Origin: Chiloscyllium plagiosum
Taxonomy: Eukaryota
Direction: 5' to 3'
Length of the DNA: 64,000 bases
Assembly: GCF_004010195.1 (NCBI RefSeq)
Contig: NC_057750.1
Location: 7,446,530-7,510,529, forward strand
Shown in pieces: positions 59,697 to 64,000 of the stretch. A model generated the notes under the pieces. The model did not search any database and was not told where the DNA came from. It saw only the letters and a list, made by a program, of their open reading frames with translations. The translations under genes and the position numbers were made by a program. The number at the start of each line of letters is the position of its first letter. The stretch's first letter is position 1.

Positions 59697-61020
59697 AGTC
59701 ATACAGCACGGAAACAGACCCTTCGGCCCAACCAGTCCATGCTGACCATAATCCCAAACTTAACTAGTCCCACCTGCCTGCTCCATATCCCTCCAAACTT
59801 TTCCTAGTCATGTATCCATCCAAATGTCTTTTAAATATTGTAACTGTCCCCACATCCACCACTTCCTCAGGAAGTTCATTCCACATGCGAGCCACTGTCT
59901 GTGTAAAAAAGAAAAAATGCCCCCCATGTCTTTTTTTAAAATCAGATTAGATTCCCTACAGTTTGGAAACAGGTCATTTGGCCCACACCGACCCTCCAAA
60001 GAGTAACCCACCCAGACCTATTCCCCTGCCCTATATTTACCCCTGACTAATGCACCAATGGGACATTTAGCATGGCCAATTCACTTGGCCTGCACATCTT
60101 TGGAAACCAGAGTACCTGGAGGAGCTCACACAGACATGGGGAGAATGTGCAAACACCACACAGATAGTCACCCAAGGTGGGATTCGAACCTGGGTCCCTA
60201 GTGCTGTGAGGTACTACTGAGCCACCGTGCCACCCTTAAAAGTATGACCCTTAGACTTGAAATCTCCCACCCTAGGGAAAAGACAATGACCATTCACCCT
60301 ATCTATGCTTCTCATGGCTTTACAAATCTCCATTAGGTCACCGCTCAACCCCCACCTGCTGCCCCAGATCCCTCCAAACCTTTCCTGTTCAAGTAATTCT
60401 CTAAATGTCTTTTAAATGATGTAACTGTCCCCACATCCACCACTTCCTCAGGAAGGTCATTCTACTCTCGCCTTGAAAATGTGTCCCCTAGTCTTGAGTT
60501 CCCCCACCCTAAGGAAAAGGCACCTCCATTTAACTCTATCTTTGACCCTCATGATTTTATAAACTTAGGAGGGTCAGTGTGGACTTGTTGGGCCAAATGG
60601 CCTGTTTCCATACTGTAGGGAATCTAATCAAACTTCCTGTGAATAAACTCCCAGCCTTTACAAGCCTTCCATACCTTCCAACACGGGGTGGCACAGTGGC
60701 TCAGTGGTTAGCACAGCACGAGGGTCCCAGGTTCGATTCCAGCCTTGGGCAACTGTCTAGTGGAGTTTGCACATTCTCCCCATATCTGCATGGGTTTCCC
60801 CTGCGTGCTCCGGTTTCCTCCCACAGTCCAAAGATGTGCAGGTCAGGAGAATTGGCTGTGCTAAATTGCCCGTAGTGTTAGGTGCATTGGTCAGAGGGAA
60901 ATGCGTTCCTCTTTGGAGAGTCGGTGTGGGCTTGTTGGGCTAAAGGGTCTGTTTCCACTCTAGGGAATCTAATCTAAGCATCCTGGTAAATCTCTTCTGA
61001 ACCCCCACCAGTATAATAAT
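59697..61020. mobile_element. Nest of HER1/CR1 fragments (minus) with HE1 SINEs (59944-60235 -, 60685-60975 +)
   Basis: CR1 tail motifs alternate with HE1 sequence. Confidence 0.75.
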
Positions 61021-62309
61021 CCAGAGGATATGCTACCGTATTGGAGGTGCTGTAGAGTCACAGGGTCATCTGTGTATCTAGAGTATTATAGCGCAGTACA
61101 GGCCCTTCAGCCCTCAATGTTGTGCCAACTTGTGTAACCAATCTGAAGCCCATCTATCCGACAGTATTCCATTTTCATTCATTAGCCCAACCATTTAAAT
61201 GTTGTAACTGTACCCATCTCTACCACTTCATCTTTCTATACTGAGGCGCTTAAGCAAGGATCTCATCTGCTCTCTTCTGGGATGTGGATCAGAGAGGAGG
61301 TGAGAAAATACTTGACGTTGGCGGGTGAGTGAGCAAGGGGTGTGCTGGGTACAATTCCTCGCTTGACTAGCCAAAAGAAAAGATAAAACAACGGGACTGC
61401 CCATTTAACCCATCGCTGTTTGTGGGATCTTGCTGTGCACCGAGCGGTCACAGGGATTCACCACCCACATGGCGGGTGTTAAGAATGATCGCCTGAAAAG
61501 AGCAAACATTAGATTCCCTACAGTGTGGAAACAGGCCCTTTGGCCTAACCAGTCCACACCGACCCTCCGAACAGTAACCCACCCAGACCCATTTCCCTGT
61601 GACTAATGCACCAAACACTACGGGCAATTTAGCATGGCCAATTCACCTGAGCAAACGGCAAAGAGCAAACGGGTTGTGAGTTCTTTTTTAAAATTAATTT
61701 TTGTTCAAATCCAGTGTTGGAACCTCCCACCGATTCCACCTAAACCATTCAGTTTTCATCTGATCTCTCCCTCTCCAGCCAGTGGGCTGTGGTTAGAAAC
61801 TTGGCTGGTTTTCAAAGGGAGAGTTGGAGATTGTCACTCCTTATTAATATCTTGATATACCTCAAAATGACCTGTCAGTAAGACGCAGAGTTTTCTCTCA
61901 ACAATTCCTTGAGTTGACCAAAAGAAAAATACATTCCTGGGCACATAGCAATAAAAGAGGGTTGCTGTGGAATGATTTAAACTGATTCAGTGGTGAGTGT
62001 ATGAAACTAGCGATAACATTAATCCATTCAAATGTGAAACAGACCGCTATGGAATTGAGGGATAGGATGAGACAAGGTGTGGAGGTTCATGTGAAAAGCA
62101 ACCATCAGGGTGATCCATTTGGGCCGAATGGCCTGATTCTGTGCTTATGGTGTAACACCATATAATTTGCTTTGAAAACAGCAGAGTTAACACTGTATAC
62201 GAGTTTTCAGTTCCATTTACTGCACATTTGATGACAGTGCAGAGCTCAACCTAACTTTGTGGTAGATTCTGTGGGATAATGCTGGATTACCTGGAGTATT
62301 AAACTGGTA

Positions 62310-62715
62310 GGGATTCAGAAGTGATTTACCAGATGTTGCCAGGTACGGAAGGCTTATAAAGGCTGGGAGTTTATTCACCGGAAGTTGAGAGGTGACCTTC
62401 TAGAGGTTTGATTAGATTAGATTCCCTGCAGTATGGAAACAGGCCATTTGGCCCAAAAAGTCCACACTGACCCTTTGAAGTTAATAAAATCATGAGGGTC
62501 AAAGATAGAGGTAAATGGAGGTGCCTTTTCCCTAGGGTGGGGGAATTTCAAGACTAGCGGACATGTTTTCAAGGTGAGAGAGATTTTAAAAAGACATAAG
62601 GGGCAAATCTTTTTACACAGAGTGTGGAATGAACTTCCTGAGGAAGTGGTGGATGTGGGTACAGTTATAATGTTTAAAAGGCACTTGGAGAAGTTCACAA
62701 ATAGGAAAGGTTTAG
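62310..62715 (+). mobile_element. HER1/CR1 3' fragment with HE1 tail insertion
   Basis: 'RVWNELPEEVVDVGT..FKRHL' motif. Confidence 0.75.
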
Positions 62716-63376
62716 ACTTGTATGAGATGATCACGTTGTTAGTCTCAGTAAATATCTCTCCTCAGATTGACAGCTCGGAGCTGCCCCTTAACTCCATGTC
62801 TTAATACCCTTGGCTGAAATAAAATTTGTCAACTGCACTTCTGACATTTTCAATTCACCCTCAACGGTTTTGTTTTGGGAGAGCTGAATTCCAGATTCCC
62901 ACTTCCAATAGTGGAACCCTTCCTGTTATCAGTCCTGAAAGGTCTGACTCAATAGCACAGCACAGAAGGGAACCAAGTGGATCTGTCATGTCTGTACCCG
63001 CTCTCCAAGTATTTCAGTTTGTGCCCTCCTCCCCATAACCTTCTCAAATTGTTGTCTAATTCTCCTATGAAGACCTCGATTGAACCTGCTTCCCCCATAC
63101 TCTCAAGCAGTGCAGCCCCAAAGCCCTAACCACCTGGCCCGTGGAGAAGGCTTTGCTATCCAGAAATCCTCTGACACGCAACTGAATGTCCTTTTCCCAC
63201 CAACAAGTCACCGCGGTGTGTTTTATCGATCATCTACCGGCAGCAAGTCATCTGTAAATTCATCAAATGACATGCAAAACCCTACAAGGTTAACGCAATG
63301 CTGCCAAAGATGACAGAATGGCTAGGGAAGGCATCAAAGCAAATGGATGGAAAAAAATGGTTCACTTGTATCATTA

Positions 63377-63712
63377 TCAGTGGTTAGCACTGCTGCCTGT
63401 CAGCCCCAGGGACCCGGGTTCGATTCCAGCCTCGGGCGACTGTCTGTGTGGAGTTTGTACATTCTCCCCGTGTCTGTGTGGGTTTCCTCCGGGTGCTCGG
63501 GTTTCCTCCCACAGTCTGAAGATGTGCAGGTTATGGTGGACTGACCATGCTAAATTGCCCACAGTGTCCAGGGATGTGCATGCTGGGTGGGTTAGCAGTG
63601 GGGAATGTAGGGTTCCAGGGAGTGGGTTGGGGGCTGGGGCTGGGTTGGATGCTCTTCAGAGGGTCAGTGTGACTGGATGGGCCCAATAGCCTGCCCCCAC
63701 ACTGTAGGGATT
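63377..63712 (+). mobile_element. HE1 V-SINE
   Basis: Head, V-domain, tail. Confidence 0.85.
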
Positions 63713-64000
63713 CTGTGTTATAAATTACTTTCAATCTGTGGTCTCTCTCAAGCTTTTCATGAGTGGGAACAGGCTCTCTCATGTCAGTCTGCACACGGGA
63801 GGCAATGGCCTTGTGGTATTATTGTTACACAATGAATCCAGGGATCCCAGGGAATGTTACAAGTTCGGATCCTGCAACAGCAGATGGAAAAAAATTGAAT
63901 TCAATTTTTAAAAGAATCTGGAATTAAGACTGTGCCCAAGGTAAACCTATCTGGTTCCCTCATTTCATTTAGGGAAGGAAACTGCCATCCTTGCCTAGTC

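Overview
Vertebrate genomic DNA, almost certainly elasmobranch (shark): it is dense in HE1 V-SINEs and HER1/CR1 LINE fragments and has three assembly gaps. Two single-coding-exon genes are recognisable and divergently oriented: nanos2 (minus, 10018-10482) and fbxo46 (plus, 54028-55983). A CpG-rich housekeeping promoter with a minus-strand first exon lies at ~5900-6170 (by human synteny possibly mypop), and a phased ZNF143/THAP11 motif array at ~32780-32970 may be the fbxo46 promoter. The rest is mostly mobile DNA: a truncated env-deleted endogenous retrovirus with a well-preserved 3' LTR, Penelope-like elements of at least four families each carrying a minimal hammerhead-ribozyme motif, two Tx1-like LINE 3' ends at the same site in a solo LTR, Rex1, MITEs and tandem repeats. 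All calls are by eye; no database searches were run, and repeat boundaries are approximate.
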